Source: an uncultured Christensenellaceae bacterium (GTDB lineage: Bacteria > Bacillota > Clostridia > Christensenellales > UBA3700). From it: DNA of 64,000 nt. Below, in pieces: positions 17,899 through 26,590 of the stretch (positions are counted from its first letter, which is position 1; each line of letters starts with the position of its first letter). The DNA lies in NCBI GenBank assembly GCA_910588015.1, contig CAJUOK010000003.1, forward strand, positions 48,193 to 112,192. The letters run 5' to 3'. The notes under the pieces are model-generated. The model was not told the origin of the DNA. It saw only the letters and a list, made by a program, of their open reading frames with translations, and ran no database searches. The position numbers and the translations under genes were made by a program.

Positions 17899-19015
17899 TT
17901 CTTACCTCAAAAATATATTTCAAAACAGTGTCCATCGAAGGCTTGTACTCTCTCATTGCTGACACTGCTTCCTCCGCTGTACTATAACCCTGAACCAAAA
18001 TAAAAGCCAGTGTTTTCAACTCTCTTTTATCACCGCCCAACCTAGCCACAATTTGATTATGGTTCGCATCGAATATCTGTACCCAGTCATCGGTTTCCAC
18101 TTTTCGATACCTTATCAGCCAAACATCTGCCGATGCACATAGCAAGAACCTATCGTTATCACGGAGAATAATCTGCGTAAGCAAAGCCGAATGAAACTTC
18201 AAATCATAAGTCTCGCCATTTGAGTCTGTGTATTGCAGTTCAAACCCATCTAAATACCCAAAGGTCTCTTTAAGAAACTGAACTTCTCGAACCAACTCTT
18301 CATTCCGTAAAGAGAACGCATTTTTCTCGTATTGGTACTCATTTGGCAAATCCTCGATAAACTTCGTAAGGTTTTTTTCGCTGCCATACAGCGTTTCCGT
18401 GGTATCTGCATTCAGCTTCGTTTTAATGGTAATTGCGCCATATCTAGGGGGCAATCCATTATCGAATGGATTCTGCATCCACTCATCCAAATCAAAGCCC
18501 CATTTCTCCTCACAAAACTCGTCCCGATATGTTTCTCGAAGCCACGCCATCTTGTCTTTCATTTGGCATATTATGGGGGCAATGTCAAAATCCGAGTAAA
18601 TCTGTGCGCCTTTTAGAATATCTAAAATTTCATTACCCCAAACCCAGGTATCATATTTATCATCGTCATCCAGTTCGCTCCCTACTTTGCTATACGAAAT
18701 CATCAAGCGATCATCTTTTAAGAAATGATTTGTATGCATATTGGGAACGTATTTCAACGCCTTGATTCCCTTGGAAGAAAGATAACCGAACCGTTTATAA
18801 TACCGCCCGTAAACAAACAACTCGGGCAGTTCGGAAGCATACAGCTTCGTTCTCCCATAGTTGGCGGCAAGCAGCGTTCCATCATTGCTTCCCACATACC
18901 GATAATTTCCATCGACACGTTTGAAATCATGTAAAAAATATAAATGACCTCTTACTCTCTTTTTCATTTTTCTACCCATCTCCGAATACATCCTCAAAAA
19001 ACCGATTCCAGTCAA
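17885..19015 (-). CDS. Hypothetical protein (376 aa).
   Basis: ORF in track. Confidence 0.4.
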   Translation of the reverse strand: MTGIGFLRMYSEMGRKMKKRVRGHLYFLHDFKRVDGNYRYVGSNDGTLLAANYGRTKLYASELPELFVYGRYYKRFGYLSSKGIKALKYVPNMHTNHFLKDDRLMISYSKVGSELDDDDKYDTWVWGNEILDILKGAQIYSDFDIAPIICQMKDKMAWLRETYRDEFCEEKWGFDLDEWMQNPFDNGLPPRYGAITIKTKLNADTTETLYGSEKNLTKFIEDLPNEYQYEKNAFSLRNEELVREVQFLKETFGYLDGFELQYTDSNGETYDLKFHSALLTQIILRDNDRFLLCASADVWLIRYRKVETDDWVQIFDANHNQIVARLGGDKRELKTLAFILVQGYSTAEEAVSAMREYKPSMDTVLKYIFEVRSDAR

Positions 19016-19724
19016 GTGCCGATAAATTATTGTATCGCGCTTCTGCTTCCTGTTCCGTTTTATAACTTGTATCTATTACACCTAGCAAGTTCTGTATCGT
19101 TTTTCCTTTAATTTTTAGAACGCCGGGGAAACCCCAAATCATATCCCCCAACGCAACCCACCTTTTATGCGGAATAAGCTCATCCTTATACCTCGGGTTC
19201 GTTGCCGTGACCCAATACACAATATAAAACTGCTTACCTAATTTGACGAGGGCAACTCTACCTACAGCCTTGCTTATACGACATTTATAATAAAAACCAT
19301 ACGAGTTTTCGTATGTATAGCTAATCCTCTCGAATTCGAGGGGTTTTTCCTTTATCAATTTAGTTGGACGAGCAAATCTGGTAACACACTGCCCCGCGTG
19401 ATAGATGATTTTTCTCTCACCTGCAACAAAATGTTCAAAGGTGTTCCGCTCCTCTTCTAACTGTTCCTCGGCAGCATTATCAAGCACGGCTCGAAAATCA
19501 TCCAACGTGCCAAAATATAACTTTGTAAATGAAGTACAGCTCGGGGCTGCGTAATCATCTAGCTCGAAGGCATAGAGTTGCTTTTTAGAGTCCATAATTA
19601 TAATCCTTGCTAAATTATAGCATAATAAAAGTAGCGAAAATCGACACCAATGAAAATGTAATTGAAAATCGCCAAAATGTAAAAAAGTATGCCAAATCAA
19701 CCGACAGTTTATGCCCTTGACCAT
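18972..19724 (-). CDS. Hypothetical protein; the likely start is the internal Met (MDSKKQ, about 19598), preceded by an AAGGA RBS and a TATAAT.
   Basis: ORF in track; a TATAAT -10 is found in the reverse complement of 19625-19640. Confidence 0.4.
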   Translation of the reverse strand: MVKGINCRLIWHTFLHFGDFQLHFHWCRFSLLLLCYNLARIIIMDSKKQLYAFELDDYAAPSCTSFTKLYFGTLDDFRAVLDNAAEEQLEEERNTFEHFVAGERKIIYHAGQCVTRFARPTKLIKEKPLEFERISYTYENSYGFYYKCRISKAVGRVALVKLGKQFYIVYWVTATNPRYKDELIPHKRWVALGDMIWGFPGVLKIKGKTIQNLLGVIDTSYKTEQEAEARYNNLSALDWNRFFEDVFGDG

Positions 19725-19760
19725 CGGTGTATTGCTTTCAATATGTTGTTAGCCGTAGAA

Positions 19761-20126
19761 TTATCGTGAGTTCTTGCGCTTGGAAAGGAAATGATACTCC
19801 CTCATCGCCCTCTTCACCGAACTCGCACATTCAATCATAACCCGACGTTCGTATGGAGAGCAGTCGTGAAATAAGGCATCATATTCCTTAATATCCACAA
19901 CGAGGTAGTCGTTCAAACTCTCCGCCAAAAGCATATCCGTAGTTACCCCCAAGGCATTAGCAATAAGTATGAGCGTGTCAAGGCTCGGACTTTTAATCCC
20001 GCTCTCTATGTAACTGACATAAGTCGGAGTTTTGTCTATAATCTCCGACAACTTTGCTTGCGACAACCCCTTTTTCTTGCGAATTGTCTGAATTCTTTTA
20101 CCCAAAAGAATATAATTGAGTGCCAT
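19761..20126 (-). CDS. cI-like repressor (XRE-family HTH, 121 aa).
   Basis: KKKGLSQAKLSEIIDKTPTYVSYIESGIKSPSLDTLILIANALGVTTDMLL; divergent from a cro-like gene across an operator-bearing spacer. Confidence 0.65.
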   Translation of the reverse strand: MALNYILLGKRIQTIRKKKGLSQAKLSEIIDKTPTYVSYIESGIKSPSLDTLILIANALGVTTDMLLAESLNDYLVVDIKEYDALFHDCSPYERRVMIECASSVKRAMREYHFLSKRKNSR

Positions 20127-20180
20127 TTTGAATTACCTCCAAAAATTTTGTTATCTCAATTATAGTCCGCAGTAGATATT

Positions 20181-20252
20181 ATCGTCTATGGTAGATTTCA
20201 AATATCGCCTATAGATGATAAAATTGTAATGATAATATGCTCCATAGGCGAA
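20181..20252. promoter_or_regulatory. Three operator-like copies of ATCGYCTATRG: 20181-20196 forward, 20204-20219 forward, 20237-20252 inverted. Divergent promoters include TTCAAA-N17-TAAAAT for cro and a TATAAT for cI.
   Basis: Read directly in the 130-bp cI-cro spacer. Confidence 0.45.
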
Positions 20253-20265
20253 GGAGGTGCTTGTA

Positions 20266-20628
20266 ATGGATGAGATTATAGATTCAAACCAACTCAAAGA
20301 AATTGGGCAGCGCATTCGTTCTGCACGACTCGCCGCGGGACTCACACAATCGGATTTAGCCTTCTCCGCAGACATTCGAACTTCGCACATCAGTGATATT
20401 GAACTTGGCAAGAAGCAATTAAGCATCCTTACCTTTTGTAAAATTATAGAAGCACTTCGAGTTTCGGCGGACGAAATCCTCCGCCCCAACACTCCAGAGG
20501 TCAACCGTATTTATCAAAACGAATTCTCGCAGTTGCTTCAAGACTGCACCCCCACGGAAATTGAGTCGCTTCTCAAAATCGTAAAAGAGATAAAAACCTC
20601 TCTGCATAACAAAACTGATAATGACTAG
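20266..20628 (+). CDS. Cro-like / XRE-family HTH regulator (start at the ATG after AAGGAGG; the track begins at GTG 20257).
   Basis: LKEIGQRIRSARLAAGLTQSDLAFSADIRTSHISDIELGKKQLSILTFCKIIEAL. Confidence 0.6.
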   Translation: MDEIIDSNQLKEIGQRIRSARLAAGLTQSDLAFSADIRTSHISDIELGKKQLSILTFCKIIEALRVSADEILRPNTPEVNRIYQNEFSQLLQDCTPTEIESLLKIVKEIKTSLHNKTDND

Positions 20629-20654
20629 GAAGGTTCGCTGTCCTAGTTTTTTTC
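20625..20654 (+). terminator. Rho-independent terminator after cro (CTAGGA-loop-TCCTAG followed by TTTTTTT).
   Basis: Read directly. Confidence 0.55.
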
Positions 20655-20911
20655 TGGGTTCTATTTATTTTAACATCTGCGCGAATTTTCCCGTGAATAC
20701 ATTTGTCAAGTTTTCCCCGTCAAATTCCATCTCTTTTTTGACATTTGTATAATTCTTCATTGAGTGGACGTCTATTCCACTCTTTTTCTTTTTGAAAACT
20801 CAATCTTTTTTGCTTTTTATAAACTAGTGGTTTATGTACTTGACCGCTGGTTTATTCTTTTTTTCCGCGGGTGCTTTTATAATGGTCATAGTTTTAACTT
20901 AAGAGGTAACT

Positions 20912-21565
20912 ATGGCAAACGAAATAAAAAGCACAACCCCTGACAAAACCGATAACCTTGATGCAACCGAGATTGAACTAGTCAATAAATTTAACGAAAT
21001 AGCAAGAACCCCACAATTATTTTTTTCAGCAGATACCTCGTCCGAACGGGCAAAGAAAATCGCACAACACAAAGTGTGGTTGAGTAGCATCCGTCACGAG
21101 TTCCCTAGCCCCGCCACTCATTTTAAGGTCGGTGTTTATATTCGTTATTTCAACCAAACCAAGTACGATGATTACTTGGAAACCCATAAGGCTATGTTTA
21201 TGGACGCCATCTCGCTCTGCCCCAACTGGGAGTTCGTTGGCTACTACATTGATGAAGGATCAACTGCACCCAATATGGAAACCGCTGCCGAATGGTCTCG
21301 GCTTCTCAACGATGCCACGGAAGGAAAGGTTGATTTAATCATCACCCAAAAAGTCTCCAATGTATCAAAGAAAATTCACGAAGTTACCCTTTGCGCAAGA
21401 TTGCTTGCTGCAATGGAACACCCCGTTGGTATCTACTTCCTTTCCGAAGATATTTATACCTTGGCTTCGTATTATCAACACGATTTGAGAGATACATTCT
21501 TTTTACCCAATAACGACACGGAGGCGTTGCCCGAAGGAACAGATAAAAAAGGCTTACTGAAATGA
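20912..21565 (+). CDS. Resolvase-catalytic-domain paralog lacking the catalytic serine; predicted inactive.
   Basis: KVGVYIRYFNQTKYDDY...CPNWEFVGYYIDEGS...GKVDLIITQKVSNVSK aligns with the next gene (RVGIYVRVSTDDVRQ...HPNWTLIKIYPDEGISG...GKLDLIITKSVSRFARN). The motif Ser is replaced by Phe and the SRFAR motif is lost. ATGA overlap with the recombinase start. Confidence 0.55.
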   Translation: MANEIKSTTPDKTDNLDATEIELVNKFNEIARTPQLFFSADTSSERAKKIAQHKVWLSSIRHEFPSPATHFKVGVYIRYFNQTKYDDYLETHKAMFMDAISLCPNWEFVGYYIDEGSTAPNMETAAEWSRLLNDATEGKVDLIITQKVSNVSKKIHEVTLCARLLAAMEHPVGIYFLSEDIYTLASYYQHDLRDTFFLPNNDTEALPEGTDKKGLLK

Positions 21566-23469
21566 TAGATACCCAAAGAAAAGAAGAACGAGAACGGAAA
21601 AAAGATAAAACCCGTAAACGAATGCACGTCGAGATTGACCCCGAGAATTATGAGTACACCCCGGCGAAAAAAGCTATCGATTATTACGATAATAACACAC
21701 CCCAGCGTGTAGGAATTTACGTCCGTGTTTCAACCGATGATGTCAGACAAACCACCTCTTTTGAATTGCAAAAACAATATTATGAGGAATTCGTCCAGAA
21801 GCATCCAAATTGGACGCTCATTAAAATATACCCCGATGAAGGTATAAGCGGTACTTCCCTCCGCCATCGTGATCAGTTCAATCAAATGATTTCAGACAGT
21901 CGAGCGGGAAAACTCGACCTTATAATCACAAAGAGCGTTTCCCGTTTTGCAAGAAATGTCGTTGACTGTATTGGATTGCCCCGCGACCTTGCGGAGCTGA
22001 AACCACCTGTCGGCGTTTTCTTTGAGTCCGAAGCAATCTTCTCGCTCAATGATGATTCACAAATGGCATTGTCTTTCGTTGCTACTATGGCGGAAGAAGA
22101 ATCGCATACCCGTAGCCGCAGTATGGAAACCTCTCTCCGTATGCGATTAGACCACGGTATTCCCCTCACGCCCAAATTGCTCGGTTATATGCACGATGAA
22201 GATGGCAACCTCATAATCAACCCCGAGGAAGCCCCCACAGTCAAGCTCGCTTTTTATATGTATCTTTACGGATATTCCACGCAGCAAATTGCGGACACTT
22301 TCAATGAGCTTCAGCGCAAATCATACCTTGGAAATGTCAAATGGACATCAAGCGGAATTGTGCAGATTTTAAGAAACGAACGGCACTGCGGTGATGTAAT
22401 CACAAGAAAAACTTTCACACCAAACTACCGCGACCACAAGTCAGTGCGAAACCGCGGAGAACGTCCTCAAAGCACATACCGCAAGCATCACGAAGGAATT
22501 GTATCAAGAGATGATTTCATTGCTGTGCAACGGATGTTGGATAACGCCAAGTACCGCAATAAATCATTTCTGCCAGAACTGCGTGTCATTGAAAGCGGCA
22601 TATTGAAAGGCTTTGTGGTAATCAATCCTAGATGGGCAGGGTTCAAAGAGCAAGATTATTATGAAGCAGCGCAAAGCGTGTACAAGCCTAGCAACGAACA
22701 GTCCGATACACTTGAACTTCCCCCGGCAGAAATACCTATCCCCATTGAAGCAGGAGACTTTGATTTGCGAGGCTTTGAAATAACCCGTTCAGAGTTCTTT
22801 GATAGCAACCAACGCCCCAGCATTACATTTGCGGAAAAGAAGATAAAATTCAGCACAGACTGCGTTCGCAAATTCGGTAACAACAACTATGTCGAACTTC
22901 TCATCAACCCTATTGAAAAGAAATTTGCCGTAAGAACCACAACCAAGGAAAATCGTCAAGCGGTTATCTGCTCACAGTTAGATGCAAGAAAATACCTACC
23001 AAAGACAATATCCGCTTCCGCTTTCAGCGATACCATCTTTTCAATTTTCGGTTGGAACCCCGAATGCAAATACCGCATCATCGGTTCACTTTACGAAGAA
23101 GGCAACCAAATCGCCTATATCTTCGACACCGACAATTCCGAGATTTTTTTTAAGTCTTATGTGTTAACAAGCCAGGAAGCAAACGAAGCTGGCGGTAAAA
23201 CAGGTATCCAACCTTATACTCCTTCTGGGAAACGCATCCGTGCAATACCGCAAGAATGGACGAACTCGTTCGGTAAACCCTACTACCAACACGAACAGAC
23301 TCTCGCTGCGTTAGCCGCACAAAGTGAAGCCGATTGGCAAATCCGAATGGAAGGACAGCTCGTTGAGACGGGCAGAAAAATAAATGTGACTGGCTTTGAA
23401 GATTTGAAGCAGTACATAAACCAAGAATTAAATGGCACACTGCCACAGGAGGTAAACCCTAATGAGTGA
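21562..23469 (+). CDS. Large serine recombinase (635 aa) with an extra C-terminal domain (recombinase D).
   Basis: VRVSTDD catalytic motif, KSVSRFARN, recombinase domain; C-terminal about 230 aa homologous to the downstream ORF. Confidence 0.8.
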   Translation: MIDTQRKEERERKKDKTRKRMHVEIDPENYEYTPAKKAIDYYDNNTPQRVGIYVRVSTDDVRQTTSFELQKQYYEEFVQKHPNWTLIKIYPDEGISGTSLRHRDQFNQMISDSRAGKLDLIITKSVSRFARNVVDCIGLPRDLAELKPPVGVFFESEAIFSLNDDSQMALSFVATMAEEESHTRSRSMETSLRMRLDHGIPLTPKLLGYMHDEDGNLIINPEEAPTVKLAFYMYLYGYSTQQIADTFNELQRKSYLGNVKWTSSGIVQILRNERHCGDVITRKTFTPNYRDHKSVRNRGERPQSTYRKHHEGIVSRDDFIAVQRMLDNAKYRNKSFLPELRVIESGILKGFVVINPRWAGFKEQDYYEAAQSVYKPSNEQSDTLELPPAEIPIPIEAGDFDLRGFEITRSEFFDSNQRPSITFAEKKIKFSTDCVRKFGNNNYVELLINPIEKKFAVRTTTKENRQAVICSQLDARKYLPKTISASAFSDTIFSIFGWNPECKYRIIGSLYEEGNQIAYIFDTDNSEIFFKSYVLTSQEANEAGGKTGIQPYTPSGKRIRAIPQEWTNSFGKPYYQHEQTLAALAAQSEADWQIRMEGQLVETGRKINVTGFEDLKQYINQELNGTLPQEVNPNE

Positions 23470-24199
23470 TGATGTAACCAAGAAAGTCGAAATCGAATCC
23501 GTGCCTTATGACATGGGAAACAGCGCACCTACTTTGCGTGAGGACGATGAGCTTTTGGATATGGGTGAAGAGTTTAATTTTGACGATTTCCAAGTCGTGA
23601 GACGAGAATTCTTTGCACATCTCCACGAGCCTTCCGTGTCGTTTAACAACTGCAAGTTCTATGTCAATTCGGCTTGCCTTACAAGGTTTCCCGATTCGGG
23701 CTATGCGCAAGTGCTTGTTAATAGCTCCAAAAAAATACTTGCTCTCCGCCCTTGCAACGAAGGTTCTCGTGACTCTTTTATGTGGTGTACCGATGCCAGC
23801 AAAGGCAAGCGTAAACCCAAGCCTATAACCTGCAAGCTGTTCTTTGCAAAAATCGTTGAGCTTATGGGTTGGAATCCCGACTATCGTTACAAACTGCTCG
23901 GCAAGCTCATCCACGCTAATGGCGAGTACCTTATAGCATTTGACTTGACTTCCACGGAAGTTTATCAGAAGACTTTCCCCGAAGGCACAAAGCCGAAGGT
24001 GTCGAGAACGCCTGTGTTCCCTTCGGATTGGCAAGACCAGTTTGGCTTGCCGTTCAACGAGCATCGTCAGTCTATGCAAATCAATATCTTTGACGGTTAC
24101 GCAATCTACGCCGTTAAGGAAGCAGAAAAAACCGATAACCCCCAAACCAGTAATACCGAGGAAACCCCCTCCCTCACTGTTGCAGTCAGCGAGGAATAA
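23462..24199 (+). CDS. Stand-alone paralog of the C-terminal domain of recombinase D (245 aa).
   Basis: FGWNPECKYRIIGSLYEEGNQIAYIFD...PYTPSGKRIRAIPQEWTNSFGKPYYQHEQT aligns with MGWNPDYRYKLLGKLIHANGEYLIAFD...VSRTPVFPSDWQDQFGLPFNEHRQS. Start overlaps the recombinase stop. Confidence 0.5.
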   Translation: MSDDVTKKVEIESVPYDMGNSAPTLREDDELLDMGEEFNFDDFQVVRREFFAHLHEPSVSFNNCKFYVNSACLTRFPDSGYAQVLVNSSKKILALRPCNEGSRDSFMWCTDASKGKRKPKPITCKLFFAKIVELMGWNPDYRYKLLGKLIHANGEYLIAFDLTSTEVYQKTFPEGTKPKVSRTPVFPSDWQDQFGLPFNEHRQSMQINIFDGYAIYAVKEAEKTDNPQTSNTEETPSLTVAVSEE

Positions 24200-24240
24200 C
24201 CCTTTTCAAAGGAGAATTAAATCATACGGAGGAGATATCA

Positions 24241-24633
24241 ATGATTAAACCAACAACTCCCACAACAATATCCATAGACTTAAAAAAATACAGAATACGC
24301 ATTCACAAATCGACAATTCACTTGCTGGGAGATCCCAAATACATCCAACTGCTCGTTAAACCCGCAAGCAGTCAAGTTGCAATTCGCGCCGTAGAAAAAG
24401 AAACCCGCGGAGACCAGAACTTCAAAGTCGATTCAAAGCGAATGAAATCGGATAATTCATACGAGCTATACAGCCAAACATTTATAACCAAGCTCTGCAG
24501 CATTGTTGAAGGGCTGGAACACAACTACACCTATCGCCTTACGGGTGAAATCATAGAATCACAGAAAGTGGCTTTATTTTCGCTGAAAACCATCAGTCGT
24601 GTCGAGCCTACGGAGACGGACGATGAACAGTAA
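24241..24633 (+). CDS. Hypothetical protein (130 aa).
   Basis: GGAGG RBS; overlaps the next gene. Confidence 0.4.
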   Translation: MIKPTTPTTISIDLKKYRIRIHKSTIHLLGDPKYIQLLVKPASSQVAIRAVEKETRGDQNFKVDSKRMKSDNSYELYSQTFITKLCSIVEGLEHNYTYRLTGEIIESQKVALFSLKTISRVEPTETDDEQ

Positions 24634-25570
24634 GCCGATAATCTTAAAAATAGACAATAACTTCAAAACGCTCATACGTCCGTTACGCAAACAAGAGTAT
24701 CGACAGCTTGAGTCTAACATTCTTCAAGATGGCTGCCGTGAAGCAATTATCACCTGGAACGGTATCATTATTGACGGACACAATCGTTATGAAATATGCC
24801 ATAAGCATCAGATTCCCTTCGAAGTTCACGAGATGGACTTCGAGTCCCGTGAAGATGTTATTGCGTGGATATGCGCCAATCAGCTCGGCAGACGGAACAT
24901 AAGCGAGGAAACCCGCCACTTCCTAATCGGTATGCAGTACGAAACCGAGAAGATGATTGCAGGTAGGAAAAAGCAAGAAGGTGAAAACCCGTTCAGTGGT
25001 CTACCTCTCGAAACAGACTATCATCCCTCCCGCCATGTAACCGCAGAGCGGATTGCAAAAGAAAACAATATTTCTTTCGGCTCGGTTCAAAAATATGCCA
25101 TTTATGCTCGTGCTATTTCCGAAATACAGCGTAAATGTCCCGACTTGGTGCCATTAATTTTATCTGGTAACTGCAGAGTTTCACATAACTACATTGTGGA
25201 TATTTCCAGGCTTTCCCCAGAAGAACTTCAAGAGTTGGCGAAACGTTTAGAAAAGGAAAACAAACCCTACCTTCGGTTCAGCAACACACGAGCAATAATA
25301 CAAGAAAATATTGAGAAAGCACTCAACGCTCCCGTCCAACCCTCTCAACCTTCCGTTAAGGATATGCCGACATTTGACCCTGATGCTTCCGTTACTGAAC
25401 TCACACTTACAATCCCCTCTTGGCTCGGTTCTATGAAACGCACAAACGAGCATACGGATTTCAATATCGTGTCCAATACCGCAAAAGCCAAATTAACTAC
25501 GCTCTTACAGGAGTTCGAAAAAACTCTCGTAGATATGATTTCAAAAATGGAGAAACCTACCGATGAATGA
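24599..25570 (+). CDS. ParB N-terminal (ParB/Srx) domain protein with a C-terminal HTH-like region.
   Basis: IITWNGIIIDGHNRYEICHKHQIP carries the ParBc DGHxR motif. Confidence 0.5.
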   Translation: MSSLRRRTMNSKPIILKIDNNFKTLIRPLRKQEYRQLESNILQDGCREAIITWNGIIIDGHNRYEICHKHQIPFEVHEMDFESREDVIAWICANQLGRRNISEETRHFLIGMQYETEKMIAGRKKQEGENPFSGLPLETDYHPSRHVTAERIAKENNISFGSVQKYAIYARAISEIQRKCPDLVPLILSGNCRVSHNYIVDISRLSPEELQELAKRLEKENKPYLRFSNTRAIIQENIEKALNAPVQPSQPSVKDMPTFDPDASVTELTLTIPSWLGSMKRTNEHTDFNIVSNTAKAKLTTLLQEFEKTLVDMISKMEKPTDE

Positions 25571-26483
25571 ATTTAGCTATTTCGTTCCCAATGTGCATTT
25601 TGAGCAAATACCAATCAAGAACCTTGTATCCAACCAGGAATACCAACGCAATCTCTCCCGCGCTCATATCAATCGTGCTGCGGCACATTTCGATTTATAC
25701 CAAATCAACCCCGTTAAAGTAAGTCGGCGTGATGGCATCAATTATGTATTCAATGGACAGCATACCATAGAAATAGTTGCACTCGTCTCCGGCTCTCGTG
25801 ATACACCCGTTTGGTGTATGATTTACGATGACCTTTGCTACGAACATGAAGCGGACATCTTTGCCAACCAAATGAAATATGTCAAAGCTCTCTCCGCATA
25901 CGAAATTTTTATGGCAAACATCGAAGCGGGCAACGATGACCAGCTTATGATTCGAGACTTGGTCGAGTCATATAACTTAAAGGTCAGTGCCGCCAAAGCA
26001 CCTGGTAATATCTGCGCCATATCCGCTCTTGAGATGATATTCACTCGCTATGGTTACCACTGCCTTAACCGCGTCCTTCGTTTAATCATTGGAGCCTGGG
26101 AAGGCGATGAAAACTCATTCAGCGCAAACATAATGAAGGCGGTTGCTAAATTGGTCATTGTTTATGGCGATATGCTCGATGATGAGATGTTTAAGGAAAA
26201 GCTCGGTGCAATATCCATCAAGTCTCTTTCTCGAACCGCCAAGGAAATACGCTCTGGTTCGCTCGGCTATGCTGAAGCAATGGTAATTGAATACAACGGA
26301 AAAAAGAAAACATCGGCGGGTAGGCTTCCTATCAGTATGCTCTATGCCAAAAGTCTCGCCTCTCTCGATGCGGTTATTGAAAATGAAACGCCCTACGAAG
26401 TCAACGATGACACCGTGGAGAAAGCACGAACCGATGAAACCGATGCTGATGACGATACCGAAGTCAACGATGATGAAGAATAA
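25563..26483 (+). CDS. Second ParB N-terminal domain-like protein (306 aa) with an acidic C-tail.
   Basis: NQEYQRNLSRAHINRAAAHFD...VFNGQHTIEIVAL (DGQHR-like); the stop codon overlaps the 26-bp palindrome. Confidence 0.45.
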   Translation: MNEFSYFVPNVHFEQIPIKNLVSNQEYQRNLSRAHINRAAAHFDLYQINPVKVSRRDGINYVFNGQHTIEIVALVSGSRDTPVWCMIYDDLCYEHEADIFANQMKYVKALSAYEIFMANIEAGNDDQLMIRDLVESYNLKVSAAKAPGNICAISALEMIFTRYGYHCLNRVLRLIIGAWEGDENSFSANIMKAVAKLVIVYGDMLDDEMFKEKLGAISIKSLSRTAKEIRSGSLGYAEAMVIEYNGKKKTSAGRLPISMLYAKSLASLDAVIENETPYEVNDDTVEKARTDETDADDDTEVNDDEE

Positions 26484-26508
26484 ATGCGCTAAAATTTTAT
26501 GCGCATTT
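26483..26508. repeat. 26-bp near-palindromic motif AATGCGCTAAAATTTTATGCGCATTT; an identical second copy lies at 57153-57178.
   Basis: Exact 26/26 identity read in both places; 7-bp arms (AATGCGC/GCGCATT) around a palindromic TAAAATTTTA core. Confidence 0.75.
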
Positions 26509-26516
26509 ACAACTCA

Positions 26517-26578
26517 ACCATAACAGAGAAAAGTCCGCTGTCTCCGCTTGGAAGCATAGTGGACTCTGTTTTTAGTTT
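26517..26578. terminator. Probable bidirectional terminator between the convergent ParB-like operon and recombinase C.
   Basis: CAGAG...AGTCC-loop-GGACT-CTG followed by TTTTTAGTTTTT on plus; T-rich on minus too. Confidence 0.4.
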
Positions 26579-26590
26579 TTATAAATTACC

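Larger units (their letters stand above)
5040..26510. mobile_element. Phage-like element without head genes in the window: late/lysis fragment, cargo island, cI/cro switch and serine-recombinase/ParB operon.
   Basis: cI/cro with operators, holins, serine recombinase, terminators at both ends, AT-rich junction at 4.7-5.1 kb. Confidence 0.45.
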
